A stretch of 26,009 bases of DNA, taken from positions 1 to 26,009 of the IMG/VR virus record IMGVR_UViG_3300032050_008231, one strand, 5' to 3'. A program made the position numbers and the translations under genes. The first letter of the stretch is position 1, and the number at the start of each line of letters is the position of its first letter. Positions 8,229 to 16,586 of this stretch are shown here, piece after piece. The notes under the pieces are model-generated. The model was not told the origin of the DNA. It saw only the letters and a list, made by a program, of their open reading frames with translations, and did no database searches. Origin of the DNA: a virus. Lineage: Duplodnaviria; Caudoviricetes.

Positions 8229-9816
8229 CCCAGTTACTGCCGTCATACACCTGAACTACATTTGTGGCTGCCGGAGTTGTCCCGCTCTGCATAAAGATTA
8301 ACATTCCTGCAGACGGAGATGCTACTAACGCTGTACGAGCTGTGTCATCTGCAACTACTGGAAGTTTAGGAGGTACTGCAAATTCTACTGCCGAACTCTT
8401 AATAGTTAGTTTAGTAGCTTCTGTTCCTGTGCTGTTAGTGACGCTGAACGCAATTCTCGATGGTATAGTAGCTGTGCTTACTGCACCGTCTACATAACAT
8501 ATAATTCTACTAGATGTTGAAAAGTTAGATCCGTCGTGACCGGTAAAGACAAAATGTCCTAATTCGTCGTTGTTTTGAACAGCGGAAGGAGATATCAAAG
8601 TACCTCTGCTTCGTGTTAGTGATACTTCGCCTGTGCCTGCTGCAGATCCATGACCGCTATAGATATTAACAAAAGGATCACCGCCAGCACTATATGATTC
8701 TGTAAGAAAATTATTCAATGACGTTAACACAGTCATTGTGGTACCAAATAGCAGACCGGTGCCTTCTAAATTTATCTGTGCTAATGTAGCGGTCTTTGAT
8801 GTTGTATTAAGAACGGTAGCACCGGAAGAAGTAATGGAATTTCCAGTTACAGGTCCCACAATTCTACCAGAAACACCATCTACTAACATAGTTGAATCGT
8901 CTGCGACCACAGAGCCCCTCACATCACCTGTGTGATAACCTGTGGTATTTCCTTGAACGTTTCCTACTAGATCTCCGGTAACATCTCCAAAAAATCCACC
9001 GGCCGCAGTTACTTGTTTAGCACTACCATTGAGCATTAAACTAGCATCAGTAGCGAATACGCTGCCAGTTATATTGGATCCTGCAGTACCGGTAATTACT
9101 CCGCTGATATTTCCAGTAACGTTACCTGTTAAATTGCCTGTGAACCCACCGGCTGCTGTTACAGATCTGTTCGTTGCATTGACGATTAATGTACTATCGT
9201 CGCCTACGATATTAATATTGTAGTTCATTCCAGCAACAACGCCGTCGCCAGTTCCGCCTGATCCAATAGCAACTCCGCCCACTGTTGATCCTGCTGGCAA
9301 ATTAATTGCAGATCCTGTGGCTGTAATTACCGCATTACCTACATATAAACTAGATCCGCTTAGATAAAGATCCTTAAAACGCTTTGACGCACTACCTAGA
9401 TCATAAGTAGAATCTACGTAAGGAATTACATTACTTCTAATAGTATTATCAAGATTTATAGCCCCTAGCACAGCGTCTACTAGAACTGTACTTGTATCAT
9501 CTGTAAATACGGAACCCTTGATATCTAAAACGACTACTCCGCCGCCAACTGTAGCTGAAATCCTGTTCGATGCATCGTCGTAGGAAAATGATATTCCAGT
9601 ATGGGTTCCAGCGTTAAAAAGATCTCTAATAGCATCTTGAGCATCCTCAATTCCAAAGGATGATACTGTATTTCCTCCAAGGGTACCTGTAATTCCGCCG
9701 TCTGTGCTATCACCTACAAAAACCTGCTTTAAAGTACTGTCGTAGATCAACTCGCCTATAACGGGCCTAATTGATGTTCTTTCCGCTGTGGTTCCTCTGC
9801 GAATTTGTAAAGGCAT
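8215..9816 (-). CDS. virion structural / tail-fibre-like protein
   Basis: N-terminus LQIRRGTTAER...GELIYD resembles the Mtd/hyaluronidase-type N-terminal domain of phage fibres; YDLGSASKRFKDLYLSG; GNLTGNVTG repeats; Gly/Thr/Ser-rich; SD AGGAG. Confidence 0.75.
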   Translation of the reverse strand: MPLQIRRGTTAERTSIRPVIGELIYDSTLKQVFVGDSTDGGITGTLGGNTVSSFGIEDAQDAIRDLFNAGTHTGISFSYDDASNRISATVGGGVVVLDIKGSVFTDDTSTVLVDAVLGAINLDNTIRSNVIPYVDSTYDLGSASKRFKDLYLSGSSLYVGNAVITATGSAINLPAGSTVGGVAIGSGGTGDGVVAGMNYNINIVGDDSTLIVNATNRSVTAAGGFTGNLTGNVTGNISGVITGTAGSNITGSVFATDASLMLNGSAKQVTAAGGFFGDVTGDLVGNVQGNTTGYHTGDVRGSVVADDSTMLVDGVSGRIVGPVTGNSITSSGATVLNTTSKTATLAQINLEGTGLLFGTTMTVLTSLNNFLTESYSAGGDPFVNIYSGHGSAAGTGEVSLTRSRGTLISPSAVQNNDELGHFVFTGHDGSNFSTSSRIICYVDGAVSTATIPSRIAFSVTNSTGTEATKLTIKSSAVEFAVPPKLPVVADDTARTALVASPSAGMLIFMQSGTTPAATNVVQVYDGSNWVNLH

Positions 9817-9850
9817 AGTAGTCGACTCCTGGTGCTATCTCTTATTGTAT

Positions 9851-9856
9851 TATTTA
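9851..9856 (-). promoter_or_regulatory. putative late promoter (ATAAATA) for the structural gene
   Basis: Minus strand GCATAAATAATAC in the 62-nt gap upstream of the 533 aa gene. Confidence 0.55.
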
Positions 9857-9878
9857 TGCCAGATAAAGTAATCTAGGC

Positions 9879-10457
9879 TCAGGGTAAACGAGCCCATTGA
9901 TCAATACTAATACTGTGTATATTTAGATGTTTTTTGAGATTTTTTGGATCATACCATACGCAAAATTGGAAACAATCCTTACATAAATTAGGGCAACATT
10001 GGTAGAGCTTATCGTCGTAAATTAAATTATAGTTTGTTTTTTCTAGTAAAAATTGACAGAATTTTTGAAATTTTTTCCAGGTAATCTCAGCATTGTCATA
10101 TTGAACTCCTCGGGAAATAAACAATATGTCTTTGCCCCAATTTTCATAATTGTCCAAAACATATTTTATATTTTTGTAAGTTATTTCCAGCCCCTGTCCC
10201 AATTTTCTGAAATGAGGATTTATATAGGCTCGATTACAAAATCTGGCCACATTGTTGGGCCATCGACCATTATTGTAAATACCGTGAAATGCAGCAGGAG
10301 TTCCGTCTCTAACGTTCACAATCATGTGATCGTAAGTTTCTAAATTAAAATCCTGATAATTTTCCCATAGCAAATGATCTTTATCTTGCTTGGCTGTGTC
10401 TCTTAAATGTTGCCAATCTAAGTCAAAATTATCGACAGTTTTGTAAGTATCTATCAT
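9879..10457 (-). CDS. hypothetical protein, possible GNAT-fold acyltransferase
   Basis: RFCNRAYINPHFRKLGQG resembles GNAT motif A (VxPxxRxxGxG). Confidence 0.5.
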   Translation of the reverse strand: MIDTYKTVDNFDLDWQHLRDTAKQDKDHLLWENYQDFNLETYDHMIVNVRDGTPAAFHGIYNNGRWPNNVARFCNRAYINPHFRKLGQGLEITYKNIKYVLDNYENWGKDILFISRGVQYDNAEITWKKFQKFCQFLLEKTNYNLIYDDKLYQCCPNLCKDCFQFCVWYDPKNLKKHLNIHSISIDQWARLP

Positions 10458-11908
10458 TTTATGGATTCTGCTAACAATCTTTTATATTCTTGAATTAGTT
10501 GTTCTTTTCTATGAGAATATTTCTTAATATCTAATTCAGACCATTTTAATTTTTTAAGTTCTTCGAAACTATTCAGACCGTAACTCAGCATTAAAAATAA
10601 GTACCAAGAATTAATTGTTCCTACTGAGCTGGCTTCTTTACTAAATCTCAATGCTATTTCCTCAGCCTTTTTCCTATCCATTAAAGGACTTTTCCAATAA
10701 CCTATTTCTTCACCTAAAACATATCCATATTTTTCATAATTTTTATCTATTTCGCTGAGATAAAAATTGCTAGGAGTAATAGCCAATGGCATCCATATTG
10801 AATTAATTCCTACGCTTTGTATCCATTTAAAACTTTCTTCAACTTCTTCTGCTGTTTCGTACGGAAGCCCTACTATAAAAGAGCAAATTACTGATATTTC
10901 TTCGTTCCAATAATCGTAATAAAGTTTAGGCAAAAAATCTTTGACTTTATCTTCTGCTAATCCCTTACCGATAAATTTAGCAGTTTTTGGTTTTAGACTT
11001 TCTATACCGAAACCAGCCGATCCTAAACCCATTTCTTTTAATAGTTGTATTTGTTCTTGATGAGCATACAATAAATCTAATCTCAGGTAAGACACAAATT
11101 TTATTTTAAAAGGCAACGACGTAAAAACTTTATGTAACTGTTCTAATTTGTACGTACTATCATTAAAAGTATCGTCACTGAACATATAATTTGTAGTGCC
11201 GAACATTTCATAATTTCTGATCATCTCATCTTTAATATATTCGGGATCTCGCAGATAATCAAATTTCTTTTTTCCGTTAAGGGGATAAGAACAAAATCGA
11301 CAGTTGAAAATACAACCTCTTGAAATTTCTATAGGCAGAGTTTCTCCCGGAATGATGCAATCGTTAATTGCCCAATGATGTTCCATATGCTGAATATCAG
11401 GCAGATTTTTATCACCATTGATCAAATCAATATTTTTATATCTTGTGTAGATTCTTTTTTGTTTATTTTTTAAAGAATCAATGTAATCGAGAATTGCATT
11501 TTCTCCGTATCCTGTTATAACTGTGTCAAATAGTGTGTCTTCCTTATACCAAAAAACGTTGGCTCCACCACCAACTATTTTTACCGAAGGATGTCGATCT
11601 CGATAAGTTTCAATTATAGATCGAGTAGCAGGAGAAACTTGTCTTAATTTCTTATAAGTTGAATCTACAATGATGTCTTTCGTGACAGTTTTTAAAAAAC
11701 TAGTGCTCACACATAAAGCTAATGTATTGCTTCCTGTGACTTGATCTAAGATGTTTGCCAATTCGTCAAGATCAAAATAGTCTATGAAATCGATAACCTG
11801 AACAGAATAACCGTGTTGTCTTAGGTGGGCAGCTATTCGATAAGCTCCAATGGCTCTTTGAAATTCGAATCCCGATATCCCGGTAAGAATAATAATATCA
11901 AAGGTCAT
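10454..11908 (-). CDS. B12-binding-domain radical SAM protein
   Basis: N-terminal GAYRIAAHLRQHGYSVQVID, IVGGG, GYGE; EISRGCIFNCRFC; DDTF; GIES; FIVGLPYET. Confidence 0.9.
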   Translation of the reverse strand: MTFDIIILTGISGFEFQRAIGAYRIAAHLRQHGYSVQVIDFIDYFDLDELANILDQVTGSNTLALCVSTSFLKTVTKDIIVDSTYKKLRQVSPATRSIIETYRDRHPSVKIVGGGANVFWYKEDTLFDTVITGYGENAILDYIDSLKNKQKRIYTRYKNIDLINGDKNLPDIQHMEHHWAINDCIIPGETLPIEISRGCIFNCRFCSYPLNGKKKFDYLRDPEYIKDEMIRNYEMFGTTNYMFSDDTFNDSTYKLEQLHKVFTSLPFKIKFVSYLRLDLLYAHQEQIQLLKEMGLGSAGFGIESLKPKTAKFIGKGLAEDKVKDFLPKLYYDYWNEEISVICSFIVGLPYETAEEVEESFKWIQSVGINSIWMPLAITPSNFYLSEIDKNYEKYGYVLGEEIGYWKSPLMDRKKAEEIALRFSKEASSVGTINSWYLFLMLSYGLNSFEELKKLKWSELDIKKYSHRKEQLIQEYKRLLAESIK

Positions 11909-12480
11909 TTTACCTCATTAAGAACCAAATGAATTCTCGGCTCCCAACCACCGTTATACACTGTATGATTACGTGTTGTATCAACTCTATAAAAAAATCC
12001 GTCAGCTGGAATATGATAGCCCCTGGTCGCTGTTTCGATATCCGGAACGCAATCTAAAAAATAACAATTCGGATTAGTTTTTAATACTAAATGATATCGA
12101 GATTCAAAATCATGATGAACACTGAGACCTGTTTTAGGTAAAAGCCTCATATAACGAATTCTTCCAAATTTAATTCGCATCATATCAGATAGCTGTTCAA
12201 TTACTGATTTTGTATATTTTTCAATCGGATTCCATTCTGTAAAATCTTGCTCAGTTCCTGTAAAATGTTTCTGTTCTTTATCATACAGACTCCCGCTAGC
12301 ATCGAACCAGGGAAATTTAGCATTAGGTCTATAGGTAAGACCTATTTGATTAGCATGATATACTCGACCGTTATCTTTTAAAGATGACTCTGGCCAATCT
12401 ATTTTTTTTAAAACAGTGTCAAGGTCTCCGAGAATTAAATTAAGATCAACTTCTAAAGATATTTTTTCTATAAATTTCAT
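11905..12480 (-). CDS. Fe(II)/2OG-type oxygenase, Asp/Asn beta-hydroxylase-like
   Basis: RIRYMRLLP...LSVHHD...RYHLVL...DTTRNHTVYNGG..PRIHLV (HxD...H, R). Confidence 0.75.
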   Translation of the reverse strand: MKFIEKISLEVDLNLILGDLDTVLKKIDWPESSLKDNGRVYHANQIGLTYRPNAKFPWFDASGSLYDKEQKHFTGTEQDFTEWNPIEKYTKSVIEQLSDMMRIKFGRIRYMRLLPKTGLSVHHDFESRYHLVLKTNPNCYFLDCVPDIETATRGYHIPADGFFYRVDTTRNHTVYNGGWEPRIHLVLNEVK

Positions 12481-13637
12481 ACAGGACTTAGGGTATAAAT
12501 TTTAACAGGCTTCTGATCTTGATCTAAAGTCCAATCGAATTTGGAAATTTTTGTAGTCCCAGACCAGTGATGTTTCCAATGATGATCGTTAAATTCGTTG
12601 GTTATTCTTCGATAATGATATCTAACCGGAACCTCATCTAATTTAGGCATATTCATATTTTTATAAGCATCTCTGGTTATTACTTGGTGAACAAAATTAG
12701 TTATAGGGCCGTCGTAGAATTGACACCAAGGGCCTGTGGCCAGCTCTTCCATGTCAATATTTGTTACATCTGGCCACTGGATAAGTCTTAATTTTACATC
12801 TCCCCATTCCATCATAACGTGATAGGGATTATCATCATACACACCGAAATTTACTTCATCGCCTAATAAAGATTTTACTTTTTTAACCAGATCGCTTAGA
12901 TAACTTCTATGTTTATCTAGGCTACGACCAATAAAACTACCGCACCTAATTCTATAATGATTTATGCTTGATGATTTTATTTTTTGTATTTCCTCTAATA
13001 TTTCAGGAACATCGTCTAAACTTTCGATAGTATATCCTACATAACCTAAGTTGTATCCTACTTCGATTAAATTACTCAACCCTTTTAATTGTTTTGTATG
13101 AACTCGTTTACCTTGATAGCTGTGATGATTTAGTCCGAAACACAGTTGATTAAGTCCAGCCCCAAAGCATTTTTTAGTAAAATCTATATCTGCGAATTTC
13201 ACTCCATTCGATATCAACGAAAATTCTTCGAAGTCTAGATCGTTTATTTTTTTACATAATTCAATAAAATCCTTTCGAAGAGTTGCTTCAGCTCCTGCAA
13301 ACATTGGCATACAATCTTTGGGAAAAGTTTTAACCTGTTCTATTACAAAATCTAAAGGTGAATCTTTAATTTTGTTATCCGGAAGATGATAGCAATGAGG
13401 ACAATTCAATTGACATCTATCAGTAACTTCGAACAATACTTGATTGAAAGTAGTAAAATCTTTTTTATGATCTAAACCGTAATAAAATTCTGGATCTGTT
13501 TCTACTACGCTGTGCATTATTCCGTGTTCGGGACAATTTTTAGCCATAAGTATCTGACCATTGTCTTCGTAGACATTTGCTGGTATGTGGCGATAACAAT
13601 GATCGCAAAGACTAACTGTTTTGTGTATTAATAACAT
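12477..13637 (-). CDS. radical SAM protein with MJ0619/Tes-like N-terminal metal-binding domain
   Basis: SLCDHC...KNCPEHG N-terminus; EVTDRCQLNCPHC; AGAEATLR in place of GGEPT; SNG. Confidence 0.85.
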   Translation of the reverse strand: MLLIHKTVSLCDHCYRHIPANVYEDNGQILMAKNCPEHGIMHSVVETDPEFYYGLDHKKDFTTFNQVLFEVTDRCQLNCPHCYHLPDNKIKDSPLDFVIEQVKTFPKDCMPMFAGAEATLRKDFIELCKKINDLDFEEFSLISNGVKFADIDFTKKCFGAGLNQLCFGLNHHSYQGKRVHTKQLKGLSNLIEVGYNLGYVGYTIESLDDVPEILEEIQKIKSSSINHYRIRCGSFIGRSLDKHRSYLSDLVKKVKSLLGDEVNFGVYDDNPYHVMMEWGDVKLRLIQWPDVTNIDMEELATGPWCQFYDGPITNFVHQVITRDAYKNMNMPKLDEVPVRYHYRRITNEFNDHHWKHHWSGTTKISKFDWTLDQDQKPVKIYTLSPV

Positions 13638-14266
13638 TATACTATTCTGTACATTAATCCGGCGTTTAAACCTATAACTACTCTAGGATCATCGCTGGGA
13701 TTTTTTTGTGTTTTGTGATATAACCACCCGGGAAACAAAACTAATTTTCCTGGTTTTGGTTCAACTATATGATCGAAGAAGTACCTACCCTGCTTACTTT
13801 CATTTGAATCATAATGAGGTAGTCGTCCTCTTATCATTTCGTTCGGGTCAACTAAAACAAGGCATCCACGATCTGGACTGGCATCTACATAAAATGAACC
13901 TGCTATTTCGTAAGGGCTATGATTGTGCTGTATTATATTACCGCCTTTCGGAGTTAGGTTACTCCACATATGAACGATTTCAGGTTTCACAAATCTAGTG
14001 TAATTGAGAGCTTGCCAGTATTTTTCGACTTCGCCCTGTATCCAAGTCATTAGTTCTGGATAATCTAGTTTCTTATGCAGATCTCGATACATACCAGGTT
14101 CGGTTCCTTCAAGACTGTAAGACTGATTAAATAGTCTGTGTTTTGAATACAGCTCTAAGTTTTGATTGAATAGAGTCATAACGTCTGACAAAAGATCGTC
14201 TTTAATTATTTCATAATTCGGAAAATCTGCTTCATATATTTGGACTGGAAAGATGTCTTTAAGCAT
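13637..14266 (-). CDS. putative 2OG-Fe(II) oxygenase (TIGR02466-like)
   Basis: IFP start, MWSN...HNH...GSFYV...PGKLVLFPGWLYH...RVVIGLN. Confidence 0.85.
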   Translation of the reverse strand: MLKDIFPVQIYEADFPNYEIIKDDLLSDVMTLFNQNLELYSKHRLFNQSYSLEGTEPGMYRDLHKKLDYPELMTWIQGEVEKYWQALNYTRFVKPEIVHMWSNLTPKGGNIIQHNHSPYEIAGSFYVDASPDRGCLVLVDPNEMIRGRLPHYDSNESKQGRYFFDHIVEPKPGKLVLFPGWLYHKTQKNPSDDPRVVIGLNAGLMYRIV

Positions 14267-14295
14267 TCAGTAATCTCTTTATCTAGGTAGACAAA

Positions 14296-14326
14296 TATTT
14301 ATAGACTGTCTGATAGTTGATAAGTA
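14296..14326. promoter_or_regulatory. divergent putative late promoters
   Basis: Exact TATAAATA on minus strand (14296-14303) and TAAGTA on plus strand (14321-14326) in a 64-nt divergent gap. Confidence 0.55.
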
Positions 14327-14330
14327 CATC

Positions 14331-14900
14331 GTGAAAATAGCAATTACTGGCCACACTAAAGGAATTGGGCAAGCCCTATATCATGAGCTTGTTCAAAAAG
14401 GACACGATGTCTACGGATATTCTAGATCCAACGGATACGATATCTGCAAAGAAATTGATATAGATCGTATTTTAATGGAAACAAATGATTTCGATGTTTT
14501 TATTAATAATGCGTATTATCCTAACTCACAACTTTATCTGTTGAAAAATAAAGTACAACAGTGGGATAATCAAAAAAAATTAATAATAAATGTTGCCAGC
14601 AAAGCTGTCTACACAGAAGTTGTTCCTGAATTTATGAAAGATTACATACGTGACAAAAAGTCTCAGATAGATTTCATTATGCAAAGAAAGCTTAAAGCAT
14701 CTCCGCAGATACTGAATTTAGTTGTGGGATTAGTCGATACTGAGATGTCAAAATCATTGTCGGCGAAAAAATTAAAAACGCAGGATATCGCTGAGTTATT
14801 ATGTAATCTAATAACTTTTAAAGATAGAATTTACGTACAAGATTTGATGATAGATGTACCGTATCAAGATTGGACAGAAATACGTCCTGCGAACCAATAA
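14331..14900 (+). CDS. short-chain dehydrogenase/reductase
   Basis: TGHTKGIG, FINNA, IINVAS, YIRDK (YxxxK), GLVDTEM. Confidence 0.88.
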   Translation: MKIAITGHTKGIGQALYHELVQKGHDVYGYSRSNGYDICKEIDIDRILMETNDFDVFINNAYYPNSQLYLLKNKVQQWDNQKKLIINVASKAVYTEVVPEFMKDYIRDKKSQIDFIMQRKLKASPQILNLVVGLVDTEMSKSLSAKKLKTQDIAELLCNLITFKDRIYVQDLMIDVPYQDWTEIRPANQ

Positions 14901-14921
14901 ATATGCATAGAGAGACAGATC

Positions 14922-15416
14922 ATGTGGAATAATTTAGAAGAATTCGCAGAGTGGTACAAACAAAACGGCTTTCCGATCAGACCCCCGTTTGAGGATCCTG
15001 TTTATGTCACTGACATAAGTTACAGCTATGTGCTGTTTAGGGAAGGGCAGTATCAGGCAGAACTTTATCTGGTACGGCCTAATACCAGCAGCCCTGAGCA
15101 TAGTCATCCTGGTGTAGAAAATATTATTATGGTATGGGGCGGAAATGTACATACTATTCAGAACGGCCAACTTTTTGATTATTCCGATCACTATAGAGAA
15201 CCTAGTAAAACCGGTACAAACAAACTATTTGGAATGTGCAGTGAGAAATTAACAGACGAGCAAACTCACGCCCTGATAGCAGGAGACAAAGGAGGCGCCT
15301 TTCTTAGTCTAGAAAAATGGCCGGAAGGAGTAACGCCTAACTCTGTAACTATTAATTGGGCAGGAGATCCTGTAGATCCTAGCCACGGTAAAATAATTAA
15401 AACATTGGAAAAATAA
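14922..15416 (+). CDS. cupin-like protein (tandem paralog 1)
   Basis: PEHSHPGVE (HxHxxxE) and distal His in QTHAL; TAAATA at 14898-14903. Confidence 0.65.
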   Translation: MWNNLEEFAEWYKQNGFPIRPPFEDPVYVTDISYSYVLFREGQYQAELYLVRPNTSSPEHSHPGVENIIMVWGGNVHTIQNGQLFDYSDHYREPSKTGTNKLFGMCSEKLTDEQTHALIAGDKGGAFLSLEKWPEGVTPNSVTINWAGDPVDPSHGKIIKTLEK

Positions 15417-15417
15417 T

Positions 15418-15906
15418 ATGTGGAATAATTTAGATGAATTTACAGCTTGGTATAAAGACAATGGGTATCCGATCAGACCGCCCGCTAAAGATCCCATATA
15501 TGTAACAGATCATACCTATAGTGCTATAGTTTTTAGAGAAGGTAGGTATCAAGCTGAAATGTATATGTTGGCTCCTAATTGGGAGACTCCTCAGCACGGA
15601 CATCCCGGAGTAGATGCCAGAATCATATATCTATCAGGAACTTTATCAGGTAGTTGTAATGGTGTAAGACTACTAGATTCAACACCGGTGTGTGAAGTAG
15701 AAAAAGAAGACGGCACTAATGTTTATATGGGCGCAGAACATCCCTTCGACGGATCAGACGTTCATTCCGTCTGGGCAGGGCACAAAGGTGCGTTAGTGAT
15801 AATAACACAACATTGGGAAGAAGGTCTTGAAATGACTAGTCAGAGTGTTCACTACGATGGAGATCCTATCGGTCCTGTACACGCTCCAAATGTAAAATAT
15901 CAATAA
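15418..15906 (+). CDS. cupin-like protein (tandem paralog 2)
   Basis: PQHGHPGVD and DVHSV; aligns by eye end to end with the upstream gene. Confidence 0.65.
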   Translation: MWNNLDEFTAWYKDNGYPIRPPAKDPIYVTDHTYSAIVFREGRYQAEMYMLAPNWETPQHGHPGVDARIIYLSGTLSGSCNGVRLLDSTPVCEVEKEDGTNVYMGAEHPFDGSDVHSVWAGHKGALVIITQHWEEGLEMTSQSVHYDGDPIGPVHAPNVKYQ

Positions 15907-16538
15907 TGCAAGAAACATTAAGTTTATTTCCTACTTTAGTATATAAGAATTATTATTCAGAGTTCTCGAATTTAAAAACAAATTTGTTTTCTAAATTAGA
16001 ATCAGTATTTGAAGAAACAAAAAATAATAACAATGTCTTTATGCGAGAAGGAACATTATGCTCATATCATACTGCTGATGATTTGCACAAATTATTTCCT
16101 GATCAAACAAAAGATGCAGTAGACTTTGTCGAATCTTGTGCTAAAAATTATTGGAAAGAATGCGGATACTTTGAGGGATTAACTCCTTTTGTATTTCAAG
16201 TATGGGCTAATAAAACGCCAAAGGGTGGATACATAGATTCGCATCTGCACGGAAATATGCCTTTCACCGCAGTTATGTACATTGATGCTAGTCCGGAGCA
16301 AGGAAATTTGTTTTTAGAAAATCCCTTAGAAACAGTGTTAATGACACAACCGATAAGTCCGAATATCAAATATCCTATAGGACAAGAAATATCTGTTCGT
16401 TCAGGAGACCTAATTATGTTTCCTGGGTATCTTCGACATAGCGTAAAAGCAAATTTATCAGAGACTCCTAGATTAATATTAGGCTTTAATATCGGGTGCA
16501 AAGGGTCTTATTGGGCCGGACAATATGATCGATCGTAG
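15906..16538 (+). CDS. putative 2OG-Fe(II) oxygenase (TIGR02466-like)
   Basis: LFPT, VWAN...HLH...VMYI...GDLIMFPGYLRH...RLILGFN. Confidence 0.85.
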   Translation: MQETLSLFPTLVYKNYYSEFSNLKTNLFSKLESVFEETKNNNNVFMREGTLCSYHTADDLHKLFPDQTKDAVDFVESCAKNYWKECGYFEGLTPFVFQVWANKTPKGGYIDSHLHGNMPFTAVMYIDASPEQGNLFLENPLETVLMTQPISPNIKYPIGQEISVRSGDLIMFPGYLRHSVKANLSETPRLILGFNIGCKGSYWAGQYDRS

Positions 16539-16553
16539 GACAAAAATCATACT

Positions 16554-16561
16554 TATAAATA
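16554..16561 (+). promoter_or_regulatory. putative late promoter TATAAATA
   Basis: Exact T4 late consensus in the intergenic gap, 25 nt before the ATG at 16587. Confidence 0.55.
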
Positions 16562-16586
16562 TTAAGTTATCTTTGGTTAACTTCAT

